Source: Rhina ancylostomus (Eukaryota). Taken from it: a stretch of 64,000 nucleotides of DNA. This document shows positions 13,944 to 25,358 of this stretch, piece after piece. A model generated the notes under the pieces. That model had not been told where the DNA came from. It was given only the letters and a program-made list of their open reading frames with translations, and searched no databases. A program made the position numbers and the translations under genes. Position 1 is the first letter of the stretch. The number at the start of each line of letters is the position of its first letter. The stretch covers positions 19,706,512 to 19,770,511 of the forward strand of contig JARFYF010000094.1 of NCBI GenBank assembly GCA_030265395.1, given 5' to 3'.

Positions 13944-14243
13944 TAGATAGATAGATAGATATCTTTATTAGTCACATGTACATCGAAACACACAGTGAAG
14001 TACACCGTTTGCGTAGAGTGCTCTGGGGGCAGCCCGCAAGTGTTGCCATGCTTCCAGCGCCAATGTAGCATGCCCACAACTTCCTAACCTGTATGTCTTT
14101 TGGAACGTGGGAGGAAACTGGAGCACCCAGAGGAAACCCCTGCAGACATGGGGAGAATATACAAACTCCCTACAGACAGTGGCCGGAATTGAACCCGGTC
14201 GCTGGTGCTGTAAAGTGTTATGCTAACCGCTACACTACCGTTC
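13944..14243 (-). mobile_element. V-SINE, full length (tRNA head, V domain, (TATC)n tail)
   Basis: Minus strand has A box ggtagtgtagcgg, B box gggttcaattcc, a V core, and ends gtacatgtgactaataaagatatctatctatc. Confidence 0.9.
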
Positions 14244-14486
14244 CTGAGGTATTTTTCCCTCAGAAGCTGTTGCTCCAGATTCCAGCATCTGCAGTCTCCT
14301 GTGTCGCTATTTTTGCCTTATTGTTTTAAATGGAGGAACAGATGGAGGTAGAGGAGCAACAGCAGTCTCAGCAATGAGGATGAGTACAAGTGGATGGTCA
14401 GAATTAAAGAGGGGAGGGCTGCCTGGACAAAGGCTCACCCATCCCTACTTTCTCAATGTGGCTAAAGGTTGCTGCAGGATTCACTG

Positions 14487-14798
14487 CAACAGCTCACCAA
14501 GACTCATTGGACAGCACCTTCCAAACCCACGAGCTCTACCAGCTAGAAGGACAAGGGCAGCAAAAACATGGGAACACCAGCACCTGGAAGTTGACCTCTG
14601 AGCCACACACCATCCTGACTTGGAAAGATATCGCTGTTCCTTCACCATCATTGGATCTCTCTCCCTAACAGCATTGTGGGTACACCCTCATCTCAAGGAC
14701 TGCAGCAGTTCAAGGCGGCAACTCACCACCACCTTCTCAAGGGCAATTAAATGCTGGCTCAGCCTGCAAAGCCCTCATCCCTTGAATGAATAAAGAAA
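14487..14798 (+). mobile_element. CR1/L2-group LINE 3' end with LF-SINE-type tail
   Basis: cacaccatcctgacttggaa...ggactgcagcagttcaaggcggcaactcaccaccaccttctcaagggcaattaaatgctggc...catcccttgaatgaataaag. Confidence 0.75.
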
Positions 14799-14990
14799 AT
14801 ACGGCAGCATGGGGTTAGTCTGTCACCGGAGTGGCTGCCATGTTCCTGCCACTTACTGGCCTTCATGGACATACTCTGCTACCGACTGTTTAGGGCACCA
14901 CAGACCTCACTTCATTGTCTAAGACACCTTCCAGGTTAATACAAGAGAAATCACTGACGTCCACCAGTCAACCCACTGCTGTATCAAGCA

Positions 14991-15965
14991 GGTGTTCCAC
15001 AGGGATTGGTGCTGGGACCTTTGCTGTTTGTAAAGTATGTGAATGACTTGGATGTGGGAGGCATGATCAGTAACACTAAATTTGGTGGCGTTGTTGACAC
15101 TGTGGAGTGTAGTCTCAGGTTACAGAGTAATACTGATGTGTTGGTAAAATGGTTTGAGAAATAGCAGGTGGATTTAATCCTGATAAGTGGGAGGCAATGC
15201 ATCTTGAGAGTACTAATGAGACTTAGCCTAGACTTAAACTTAATGAGACATAGACAAGGTCCAAGGGAGTACTAAGGAACAGAGGGATTTTGGCGTGAAA
15301 GTACGGAGATCCATAAAGGTGGCAGCGCAGGTATATAATGTGGTTCAGAAGGCTTTCATGTACCGAATACAAAAACAAGGATATTATGCTCCAACTTTAT
15401 AAAACATTGGTCAGGCTTCAGCTGGAGTACTACATGTAGTTCTGGTCACCACACTAGAGGAGAGCTGTGACAGCAATAGAGAGGGTGCAGAAGAGATTCA
15501 CCAGGATGTTGCCTGGGATGGAGCATTATAGGAACGAGGAGAGACCAGGTCTGTTTTCCATGGAGAGGAGGAGTTTAAGAGGGGGACATGATTCAGGTAT
15601 ATAAAGTCATGAAGGGTATAGGTAGGCTAGACTGTAGTAAGCCTTTCTCCTTATCCAANNNNNNNNNNTCCAAGGTGAATAGAATGAAGGACATCGATTC
15701 AGGGCAAGGGCTAAGAGATTTAGAGGAGATCTGAGGGAGACATTTATCACCCAAGTGGTGAATATCTGGAGTGCATTGCTGGAGAGAGTGGTGAAAGCAC
15801 AGTTGCCAACAGCATTTGAGGTGTTTAGATGAGTACTTGAATTGCCTATATGTAGGCTGAGTTACAGATATAGACTAGACATTGCCAAGCGCTAGAAGAT
15901 AGTATATATGTGGATGGGTGCCCTCTGGTTAGCATGGATGTGATGGGCTGAATGGCCTATTTATA
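14991..15965 (+). mobile_element. CR1 LINE, 5'-truncated (RT core to 3' UTR)
   Basis: GVPQGLVLGPLLFVKYVNDLD, LQLYKTLVRLQLEYYM*FWSP, ERVQKRFTRMLPG; 3' UTR gatgggctgaatggcct. Confidence 0.9.
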
Positions 15966-16404
15966 AAGTCATCTCTGATTGCTGCTGCCATCTGATGTGA
16001 CTCCTTGCCCATCAGATCCAACTATCAAAATGGGAAAGCATTTGGATTTGCAGTAGTAGGTGGTTTCCATCTTATGCACTCATGCAGCTAGGAAGACACC
16101 AGACCAATGTATCAGAAGGGTTAGTTAATGAGAAGCTTAATCACTAGAGGAAGCTCATGCAGGTGGCTGCCAGTTTTGTTGGCAACTGTCCTGTTGCCTT
16201 CATCCGGCAAAGCACATTCTCATTTCTCACGATCCATTCTTCCAGCGATATTTGTGGTAACAGCTTGAGGACAAGAGTGAAACCCTCTATTTTTGGCTGG
16301 ATGTCGTCTTGCAAGCCGACCCATTCCTAAGCACTTTGAGAATAATAAGATTGTGGGTCAACCAAGAGCATCACTAAGAAAAAAAAGTGAAAATGGAAAA
16401 ACAA

Positions 16405-17250
16405 TTGGAAATCTAAAACAAAAGTAGAAAATGCTGGAAATACTCGGCAGGTCAGGCAGCATCTGTGGGAAGAGAAACAAGAGTTAACATTTCAGGTTGG
16501 AGACTCCTCATCAGAACTGAAAAGGAGACAGGAAGCTTGTAAAGCTGCAGGGAGGGAGGAGGAGGGTAAAACGGTGGTGAGCATGATCTGGTCAATGAGT
16601 GAACGGGACCCGTCAGAACAGAGACAAAAGAACGTGAATTCCAGAGCAGGAGGACAGGCCCAGCAGGTCAGGTTGGTCATGTTCTCCACTCCCAGCGAGA
16701 AAAAAAAAGGAGGGAAAAAAAGAAGCGGAAATAAAACAAGCTGAGTTTATATCACAGATGGATGACTGATACAGACCGAGAAATCAAGTTACCTGAAGTT
16801 GTAGAATTCAATACTGAGTCCAGCAGCCTGCAACGTGTCCAGTCAGAAGATGAGGTGCGTTACTCATGCTTGCACCGGACCTCACTGTGACTGTACCGGA
16901 GGCCACGGACTGATAGGTCAGAGTAGGAGTGGAATGAGGAATGAAAGTGTCGGGCAACGGGAAGCTCAGACTGAATGCAGGTATTCTGCGAAGCCCTCAC
17001 CCAGCCTGTGTTTGGTTTCTCCAGTGTAGAGGACACCACATTGTGAACACCGAATGCAGTTCACCAGATTGGAAGAAGTGCAAGTGAATCGCTGTTTCAC
17101 CTGGAAAGATTGTTTGGGCCCCTGAATGGTGGGAAGGGAAGAGGTGAAAGAACAAGCCAGCAGTTGTAAGAGAAAGTGCTATAGGAAGAGGGGTGGTTGG
17201 TGGGAATGGAAGAGTGGTCATGTGGAAGGTGTCGGAATCCCATGGAACAA
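16405..17250 (-). mobile_element. Penelope-like element 3' part: GIY-YIG endonuclease remnant plus pLTR
   Basis: Minus frame FTSSLPTIQGPKQSFQVKQRFTCTSSNLVNCIRCSQCGVLYTGETKHRLGEGFAEYLHSV (about 17147-16970); pLTR at 16405-16520. Confidence 0.9.
16481..16519 (-). ncRNA. Minimal type I hammerhead ribozyme motif in pLTR
   Basis: Minus strand CAGUU-CUGAUGA-GGAGUCUCCAACCU-GAAA-UG-UU-AACUC. Core intact, stem I AGUU/AACU, stem II weak. Confidence 0.55.
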
Positions 17251-17589
17251 GACCATTATTGGAAAGTGACACTATGTGGCAAGCTACAGAGAAAGCCTAG
17301 ACGTGAGAAGGATGCCGGACAGCTGAGCTTGCAGCTGCTGTCTTTGACTGCTTAAGCAAACACTGAGAAAGGCTTGAAAATTTTGAGGAGGCAGCTGCAG
17401 ATAATTGAACACTTTTCCAAGAGCAGTGAACCTGCATCCAGTGTAGGAATGCTTTGAAACAGCTCAGTGCTCACTAAAGGCCTTGATCTCGAGATTCAAT
17501 GCTTGGTGGAGGGGCTGGATTTTGGTGGTTTTGAAGCTGGATTGACTACAAAGTCCTCAATTGCTGATGTTAATCATGTTATGGAAACA

Positions 17590-17795
17590 AGCAAAAGGGT
17601 GGTGGGTATATGCCAAAGGAAGCTGAGGTGGTAGGTACAATTACAATGTTTAATAGATATTTGGACTGGTTCATGGATAGGAAAAGTTTAGAGGGATATG
17701 AGCCAACTGCAGGCAAATAGGATCTCAGGAAGGCACTTTGGTTGGCATGGGGGAGTTGGGTCAAAGGGCCTACTTCTGTACTGTATGATCCTATG
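17590..17795 (+). mobile_element. CR1 3' terminal fragment
   Basis: ggtaggtacaattacaatgtttaatagatatttggac...gttgggtcaaagggcctacttctgtactgtatgatcctat. Confidence 0.8.
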
Positions 17796-17975
17796 GACAA
17801 GGGAGTTGTGAATAGAATGGTCCCCGTGAAATGCTAGATTGGGAGGAGAGGGGCAGATGTGTCTGTTGGCTGAATCTTTTGAAAGCTGGTAGAAATAAAG
17901 AATGATTTGTTGAATGCAGAGGCTGGTGGGAGGGAAGGCGAGGACCAAGGGAACTTTATCCTTCTGTGTTTGAGA
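17796..17975 (-). mobile_element. Penelope-like element RT-to-endonuclease linker fragment
   Basis: ORF 17688-18017 has KDKVPLVLAFPPTSLCIQQIIL...HICPSPPNLAFHGDHSIHNSLVH, compare PLE 'xPLVLTYHP...IFPxPPxxAFRRxxSLRxxLV'. Confidence 0.8.
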
Positions 17976-18090
17976 ATGAGAAGTGTTTAAATTTATCCTT
18001 GTGATGGATTGAAGCATTTGCTGCTGGGGAGGGAATTGGGCGGGGTGGGGAGAAGGTATTATTCAGGTACATGAAGAAATTGAAAGCTGT

Positions 18091-18330
18091 ACTCACCCTT
18101 GCTACCCTTGTTGATTCATTCAAACATTTTCTGCAATGAATTCAGGACCAGTGGCCTGACATTCCCAGAACTACTGAACTTGGCCATCTCTCTTCGGGGC
18201 AGATGTATATCAGTCTTTGTAATTTTCCTGCCACTCATCTGAAAGAGTACATCTCGGCTCAACCTTACCTATTCCACCAACGACAATAACATCCTTTTCT
18301 TACATGAAAACAAAGTGGAAGCAGCAGGAA
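18091..18330 (-). pseudogene. Harbinger Myb/SANT-like DNA-binding gene remnant
   Basis: Minus strand LVE*VRLSRDVLFQMSGRK...REMAKFSS, frameshift, WS*IHCRKCLNESTRVAR, then donor gtgagt. Compare 'LVxxVxxRRDVLF...WxEVA...RTWxQCRKRFNDL'. Confidence 0.6.
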
Positions 18331-18399
18331 GAGGTGAATGACTAAGTGAAGTGTCCTGGGATCAGTTGATGGACAGCACTTCCATTGACTTTCTAATGT

Positions 18400-18730
18400 T
18401 GTAAAGAAGCACAAACAAAATATGACACCGCATCACAGAAGTAGATATTAGTACAGAAGACAAAAGGTTTTGTAAGAAGGGTTGGTTTAATGAATGTTTT
18501 AAGAAGAGGAAGTGTGATGGAAAAACCAAGAAGTTTAAAGATAAGATTCCAAACCTTAGGGCCATACCTATGAAAGACATGGATACCAATGTATTAATTC
18601 AGGAATGGTCTAGAGGCTGCAATTAGAGGAAAGCAGATGATTCGGAAGATTGTGAGGCTGAAGAAAATTGAAAATAGGGAGGGTGGAGAGTGATTTGAAA
18701 GGATAAGAAGGTGAATAAGTGGGAAGGTGT
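18400..18730 (-). mobile_element. Old L2-type LINE 3' fragment
   Basis: Similar to 37510-38050 (gattccaaaccttagggcc vs gattccagagtggag); consistent with an L2 'PxLWNxLP...FKxxLK' region. Confidence 0.55.
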
Positions 18731-18786
18731 GTTGTATGTTGTCAACCACAGGGCAGTCAAAGGGTCAAAGATTGTGCTTTTCACGT

Positions 18787-19414
18787 GGTATTGGTATTGA
18801 TTTATTATCATCACATGTACTGAGATACAGTGAAAAGCTTTTGTTTTGCGTGCCATCCAGACAGATCATGCCATACATAATTACACTGAGGTAGTAAAAA
18901 GAAATCAAAATGCAGAATACACTGTTACNNNNNNNNNNGTAGACAAATAAAGTGCAAGGGGCCACAACGAGGTAGATTGGAAGATCAAGAGTTCATCCTT
19001 TAGCATATAAGAGGTCCATTCAAGAGTCTGATAACAGCAGGATAGAAGCTGTCCTTGAGCCTGGTGGTATGTGCTCTCATGCTTTTGTATCTTCTGACCA
19101 ACAGGAGAAGGGAGAAGAGAGAATGACTAGGGTGGGTGAGGTCTTGATTATGTTTACTGATTTCCCAGGGTAGCGGGAAGTGTAGACAGAGTTGGTTTGC
19201 TTGATGGACTGGGCTGCATTCATAATTCTCTGCAATTTATTATAGTCCTGGGGAAGAGCAGTTGCCGTACCAAGCTGTGAGACATCTGGATAGGATGCTT
19301 TCTGTGGTGCATCTATAAAAACTGGTAAGAGTCATCAGGAACACACCGAATTTCCTTAGCTTTTGGAGGAAGTAGAGACGTTGGTGTGCTTTTTTGGCTG
19401 TAGCGTCCATGTGG
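18787..19414 (-). mobile_element. Rex1/Babar-type LINE 3' end (second subfamily)
   Basis: ORF 19240-19464: HMDATAKKAHQRLYFLQKLRKFGVFLMTLTSFYRCTTESILSRCLTAWYGNCS; (caatac)n tail. Confidence 0.9.
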
Positions 19415-20438
19415 AAGTCTCTTGGAACTCGCAAGATTGTTAAATGCTGTAAGTGATTTGGCATTTTGAAAGTGCAAATGGAAGTGATTTAGGACAGAGT
19501 TTCTTCCGGGGGAAATCACACAGAGATGTAGGGTTGTAGGGGAAGATAAGTCATGTGCATGCAGAGCAATANNNNNNNNNNNNNNNNNNNNNNNCTATTT
19601 GTGAGAATGACATAGTGCTTGTAGCAGGGTCACATGGGTTGGCAAGTTCAAGGGAGAGACTATGAGAGGGATTAGGGTGCATGTATAATGGAACAGGCAG
19701 GCAGTGATGAACTAGGGATGAAGGCTGAAACTATGGTGATTGTGAATAGAGAGACTGAGGAATGAAAACAATAAAGATATTACAGTAAATTTTTTTGAAT
19801 GGGTGGTAATGTGGAGGTATTGGGGGAAGAGTGTGGAACAAAACAAAATGATCAAAGGAGAAAGAGATAGAGATGTATGGGGCCATCTTAAAGATGTGAT
19901 GTAATGACGAGAGCAACTGAAGAGGTGTGGGGGCAAGTAGTGGAAAGTATAACCCAAATGAAGAGCCTTCAGTTAGGAGGAATGTATCATTATTCCCCAG
20001 CTGATCCTAAACCTCCAGGGTGGCTTTAGAAAACCAGTTCATTACCGTAGAAAGTCTTACTGCAGCAATCTTACAGAACAATCTGTCAGATGGGATTGTA
20101 ACCTTGATTTAAACAGTGTATTTTTGTTTTCAATAGGCCTCGGGGGTGGGGGGGAGGGGGGAGGTTTTCTGTAAATTATAGTCAGAAAGTGGCTGGGTTT
20201 CCTGTTGCCCATGTGGTAGCTTCGAGCCCTTTGGTCAAATGCTAATGAATCCCAGTGGTTAAAATGTCATTTATTCACGTCTGTTCTTAAGTTGAACATT
20301 GTTTAGAGTCAGGTTTTTTAGAGAATTGTTTGTTGTTCCTCAGCATTTCTGACTTTGATAAAACATGCAGATCTCTCATTTTGAAACTTGGTAAGACATC
20401 CATATTAATTTAGGCTGACACCCCAGTATGGTACTAAG

Positions 20439-21000
20439 CCACCATCCACTCAGCCATGTCCATCATAGGTTCAGATCTCCCCACCACTGAGGACATCTTC
20501 AAGAGGTGATGTCTCGGGAAGGTGACCTCTGTCATGAGGAAGGGTCCTGACTCGAAATGTTGACTGCCTCCTTTTCTCTACGGATGATGCCTGGCCTGCT
20601 GAGCATCTGCAGTCCTTTGCTTCTCATCTATCATTAAGGACCCCCACCATCTAAGCCATGCTCTCTTCTCATCTTGCCCTCAGACAAGAGGTACAGGAGC
20701 CTGAAGACCCACATCTTAAGGTTCAAAAACAGCTTCTTCCCTACTGCCATCAGGTTCTTGAACCGGCCCGAAAAACCCTAATTCTACCTCAGACTATATT
20801 TCCCTCATCTTGCACTGATGTTGTTAGGTTTATTTTTGTTTACTAGGTCATGTAAGTTATGTTTAATTTATGTTAATTTAAGTTCATGTAATTTATGTCT
20901 GTCATGTTTGTAAAGCATTGTGCTGCTGCTGCAAAAAGCTAATTTTCATGGCATTTATACCTTGGGTAGATATGCCCATGAGCAATATACTTGAACTTGA
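20439..21000 (+). mobile_element. Rex1/Babar-type LINE 3' end
   Basis: Coding remnant IIGSDLPTTEDIFKR*CL...IIKDPHHLSHALFSSCPQ / RYRSLKTHILRFKNSFFPTAIRFLN; ends acttgaacttga. Confidence 0.85.
20536..20626 (+). mobile_element. Penelope pLTR fragment with partial hammerhead motif
   Basis: (t)gaggaagggtcctgactcgaaatgttgactg...gatgcctggcctgctgagcatctgcagtc, flanked by tctgtcat (20528-20535) and tctatcat (20627-20634). Confidence 0.75.
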
Positions 21001-23376
21001 GGGAGTGCTGCATTGTCAGGTGCTAGCTTTCAGAGGCTTTGCCTCGCTTCACAGGTGGACACATAGCACAATTTTGAAGAAGGGCTAGGACGTTATTCCT
21101 GGTATGCTGAACAATATGCATTCTTCAATTAACAGCACTGAAACAGATTATCCATTCATAATGATATTGTTGTTTGTTGCAATGTTTCTTTATTTGTGAA
21201 TAAAGGGTGTGATGCCCTTTGGGATGTTCTGAAGGAGACATGAAAGGCACTTTGCAAATGCAAGTCTTCATTCATACTATGCATATGTAAAAGTCCTTTA
21301 CAGTGAACATTAAACATTTCAAGTAGTCATTAACTGCTCTCGTGGATTTAACATCACCTTGATAGTTGGCATTTCACTGCCTTGAAATTTATTTCAACTG
21401 AAACATTATCCAACACGTTCTGTATTTGAGAGATAAATTTAGTTATTAGGTAATTTCCGTGAACATTAGTAGTGAAGACTAAGGTATCAAATTCCTGTGT
21501 GCGTCAATACATATATATTGCTTTCCCTCTTTCTGAACAGTACAAAGTTTAATTGCTGTAATTTGTATTTTCCAGCACCACAAGCAATTTTGTGTACTAA
21601 CAGTTACCAGTGATGCCATCAAGCTTTGTGGCTTTGAGCAGGAAGAGCAAATTTTAAATACTGTTTACAACAGAATCTCACTTGGAAGCAAAACAGTGTG
21701 TGTCTTCTCCCATGATCAGTGAAATATTTTAATAAAAATTGGGGTAACAATCTAGTTTGGTGTACTGATAGTATGAGGGACATTCAAAAGAATTGTTTTG
21801 GACAATCTTTTCAGCTCAAAATGCGCCACAGGATATAGGGTGGACTCAGAAGTACCACAGAACATTGTCCAAATGTGCTAAATATCAGTAGCTGTGCAGA
21901 AGATGGGGAAAGGGTCCAAGCCCATACAGGTAAATTGCCCAGAATTCTGGCAGCTCTCAGAATTCTATTATTATAGACAATGCTGCACCAGATAAATTGA
22001 TGACCCTGAGAAAAAGGAGTGAATGATAGTGTGGATAAAAATAGAATGGGTTAGGCTGAGGCAGAGGCATTTCTCTCTTTAAGTTTCCTCATCCTTCGCC
22101 CCATCAGCTATGCCTTACTGTGTGTGATTCCTCTAAGCAGGTGAGAAAAGACATTGTACCATTACAGGCAAGTTATTAGATTGCTTTCCAGCTGCTTCTG
22201 AAGGGAAACGTTTTAGTTACATTCCTGGATATCAGGATCCCAATGCATGAATCTGACTGGTAACTGATAGTCTTGTTTAACCTATACATTCTGCAAGTTC
22301 TCCATCTGTGAAGGTATGTCTAGCTCCCTCAGATATGGTGCACTTCCTCTTCTAGTGTTGTGAGTGATCCTGTCCCTTCAATTGCATAAAAGCGTTGATT
22401 TATCATCATCGTTTTCCTGCGAGGGAGCATAAAACTGAAAGGGACAGGATTCAATAGTTACAGTAGTCCAAGTGTCTCTTACTTAGGCATTGCCACTTAT
22501 GATTTGCTATGACTTTGGCAACAGAAGTGTGTAAGCCTCCTCATGCATGTCTTTCTAGGATTGTGATAAAGATCAATGTAATCCAAGTAAGAGGTTTCCA
22601 TGCTTTTAAATAGGAAGCAAGGAAAGTTCGTGGAGAATTGACTTAGGTTTTCCAGTGACTTCCTTTCATTTTCCTTCATGCACTATAGAGGAACCCCAAG
22701 GGTAAGCAATGTGGCACAAGCCATCATAATTCACAACCTGCACATTTGTTTGCTTTATAAATTATCTTCCCGACTCAAAACATTTGTTTCCACTTGGTTG
22801 AGTTGCAGCCAAGAGAATGCATGGTTCCAACACTCAATAACTCAACAGCATTTCCTGTTGGTCTCTTTGTTCAGTTGAGTACTTTCCTGCTGCCATTTCC
22901 TGTGTGTTCAGCTACAATAACAGTATCAGTACCTTTTTGGAATAGAGTGACCATGCATCCCCAATTATGATAATGTTTCTTAGATAAAGTTCTGTAAGGC
23001 TCTGTTTCCCCAGGCAAAGGGTGGCCCAGGTTATCCTCAGTGGCATCTACTATCTGTACTTGATGGGCTTGTTACACATACCCGCCAAACATAACTTTGT
23101 TGAAGCCAATCTCACCGATGCATGAGGTCCCAGGGCCAAACTTTGAGGCCATGGGCAGGGGCAGGGGCAGGGCCTTGAATTACATGATGGAGTGATATGG
23201 ATGGGTTGGGACATGCTCAACCCAGGAAACTCATCTGGAAGCCTTCAACAATTGTCAAAGCTTTTTGTGATGTTTCTAAAATGAAATAAATAATTAATTC
23301 TTTTCAGGAAAGTTAACCTTTTTCAAAATAACTAGAAGACTTAAAAAAACAAGTTTAAGAAAATGAAAACATTTTT

Positions 23377-24053
23377 GACACAAGAAACCTGCAGATGCTG
23401 GAAATCTGGAACAAGAACAGAAAATGTTACTTGCACTCAGCAGGTTCAACAATGGTGGGGGAGAAACAGAGTTGGAAAGGTGAGAAAGCAAGAGTATTTT
23501 AAGTTGTAAAGAGGGGGTGGGGTGGTGAAGACCACAGAGGGAATGTCTATGATAGGGTGCAGATCAAAGATATTATGCAACTAGGAAACAGAATGGAACG
23601 GAAAAGTACATCATATCTGTGGAGATAAAGAAAAGAGGGTAATTACCTGAAACTGTTAATTTCAAACTTAGGTCCCGTGGGCTGCAAGGTACCCAGACGG
23701 GAAGCTCATGGTGTCCTTGCACACTGAATAGAGATGTTGAGCAAAGTGGTCTCTCCATCTGTATCATTTTCTCCAAAGTGCAAGTTACCATATTGTGAGC
23801 ATTAACTTTGAAATCTTACAATGGAGGAAGTGCAAGTAAATTGCTGCTTCATTTGGAAGGACTTTTTGCCAAGGCATAGAAGGTTACTGACCAAGTGGTG
23901 GTAAATGGGATCAGTGCAGATGGGTAATTTATGGTCAGTGTTAGACATGGTGGGTCAAAGGGTCTGTTTCTGTGCTGCATGACTTGATGGATATATGACA
24001 ATTTGGATCCATGGCTAGTGGGAAGGGAAGAGGTAAAAGGTTAGGTATTGCAC
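23377..24053 (-). mobile_element. Degraded Penelope-like element 3' part
   Basis: pLTR end gacacaagaaacctgcagatgctggaaatc; ggaggaagtgcaagtaaattgctgcttcatttggaagg and gtgggaagggaagaggtaaaagg align to the GIY-YIG region at 17070-17150. Confidence 0.8.
23868..23995 (+). mobile_element. CR1 3' UTR nested in Penelope GIY-YIG region
   Basis: ggtaaatgggatcagtgcagatggg...gacatggtgggtcaaagggtctgtttctgtgctgcatgac. Confidence 0.75.
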
Positions 24054-24401
24054 AGGAAAGTTTTAATTTGCTTTATGCCTTTTTTCTGCAGTCCAACAAT
24101 CCCCATTCAAATGATAGGCTTGTGATCCTGCACCATGTCTAACCAGGCCCAGGGGAATTTCAGTGACACTGTGGCTGGACACCATGGGGAATCCACCAAT
24201 GTAGCACAGATGGGAATTGACCAGCAGAGTTTGGTCAGTCAGCTCAGCACTTCTGCATTTCCATACAGAGCAACTGGCAAAATCCTGGTCAACACCCCCA
24301 GAAAGTTTTCATCAAACACAGCCCAAGATTCAGACTTTTGCTGATCCATCTAGAGTTTGCTATTCTGCAGACTGCATGGAGATTTTACACAGAACACTAT
24401 T

Positions 24402-24813
24402 AGTATTGGTTGGTATTGGTTTATTATTGTCACTTGTACCAAGGTACAGTGAAAGCTTGTCTTGCATACTGTTCATACAGATCAATTCATTACACCGTGC
24501 AAGGTAAAACAATACAGAATGCAGAGTAAAGTGTCACAGCTGTAGAGAAAGTGCAAGGCAGATAGACAATAAGGTGCAAGGTCATAATGAGGTAGATTGT
24601 GAGGTTAAGACTCCATCTTATCATACCAGGGAACTGTTCAATAGTCTTATAACGGTGGGATACAACTTGAGCCCAGTGGTACATGCTTTCAGGCTTTTGT
24701 ATCTTCTGCCTGATGGGAGGGGGAGAAGAGAGAATCTCCGGGGTAGATAGTGTCTTTGATTATATTGGCTGCTTTACCAAGGCAGTGAGAAGTTCGGACA
24801 GAGTCCATGGAGG
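24402..24813 (-). mobile_element. Rex1/Babar-type LINE 3' end
   Basis: ORF 24689-24895 has SMDSVRTSHCLGKAANIIKD; UTR nearly identical to 59930-60025. Confidence 0.85.
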
Positions 24814-25358
24814 TACTGGGATTGAGGTCAATAGGGAAGGTTAATGGATTGCCCTGGGAGCTGGAATAGACTCGATGGGCTGAATGACATCCCACCTTGA
24901 GGAAATAAGGACATTTTTTTTAAGGGGTGGGATGGGGAATAGTGTTCCATAGCTCTTTTGCCTTCTGTGTAAGCACTTGCTTCCAAGTTTCACTCCTGAA
25001 TCACCTGTCTCCCTTCTTTTGACATTGTGTCTCTGTGATCCAGATGTAGCACAGTAGAATAACACTTTGCTTTGATTAACAGATAATTAATTAGTCACAG
25101 TGGACCTGTTGCTCAAATTGGCCATGTCATTGACATACCTTCCGTACATAAACATTTGCAGAGCACTTCAGCACATCTAATGAGACTTAGAGGGTCATTG
25201 GTTGTTGAATAGGGGCTTGAAAGCAGAATCATCAGACCCACCTCCACCTGCCCTGTTGCTCCACCATCTTCTGACAAAGTAAGTTGCAGCTCTTCAGCAA
25301 GATGAAAAATTCTGGCATTCCAGGAAGTATTGGGAAGTGTGTGTTCTCCAGCTTTCCA

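Larger units (their letters stand above)
14330..16380 (+). pseudogene. Decayed PIF/Harbinger (HARBI1-like) transposase, interrupted by two LINE insertions
   Basis: Collinear motifs: HQSTHCCIKQV (14962-14994), KAFGFAVVGGFH (16035-16070), HAARKTP, KLMQVAASFVGNCPVAFIRQS (16151-16213), QLEDKSETLYFWL (16261-16299). Compare HARBI1-like SQxxxHxCIxxV, GFxxIAGFP, HVAIKAP, VxARFPGSxHDAFILRQS, LLGDKGYPLxxWL. Confidence 0.65.
20400..21275 (+). mobile_element. Deu-domain SINE (SacSINE1/AmnSINE1-like), split by a Rex1/Babar insertion
   Basis: ggctgacaccccagtatggtactaag (to 20438) resumes as gggagtgctgcattgtcagg (21001); aaacagattatccattcat Deu core; tail gaaaggcactttgcaaatgcaagtc. Confidence 0.75.

Noticed and set aside
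14175-14243. tRNA-like sequence with A and B boxes
   Set aside because: It is the head of a V-SINE, continuous with the V domain and repeated near 44210-44273, not a tRNA gene.
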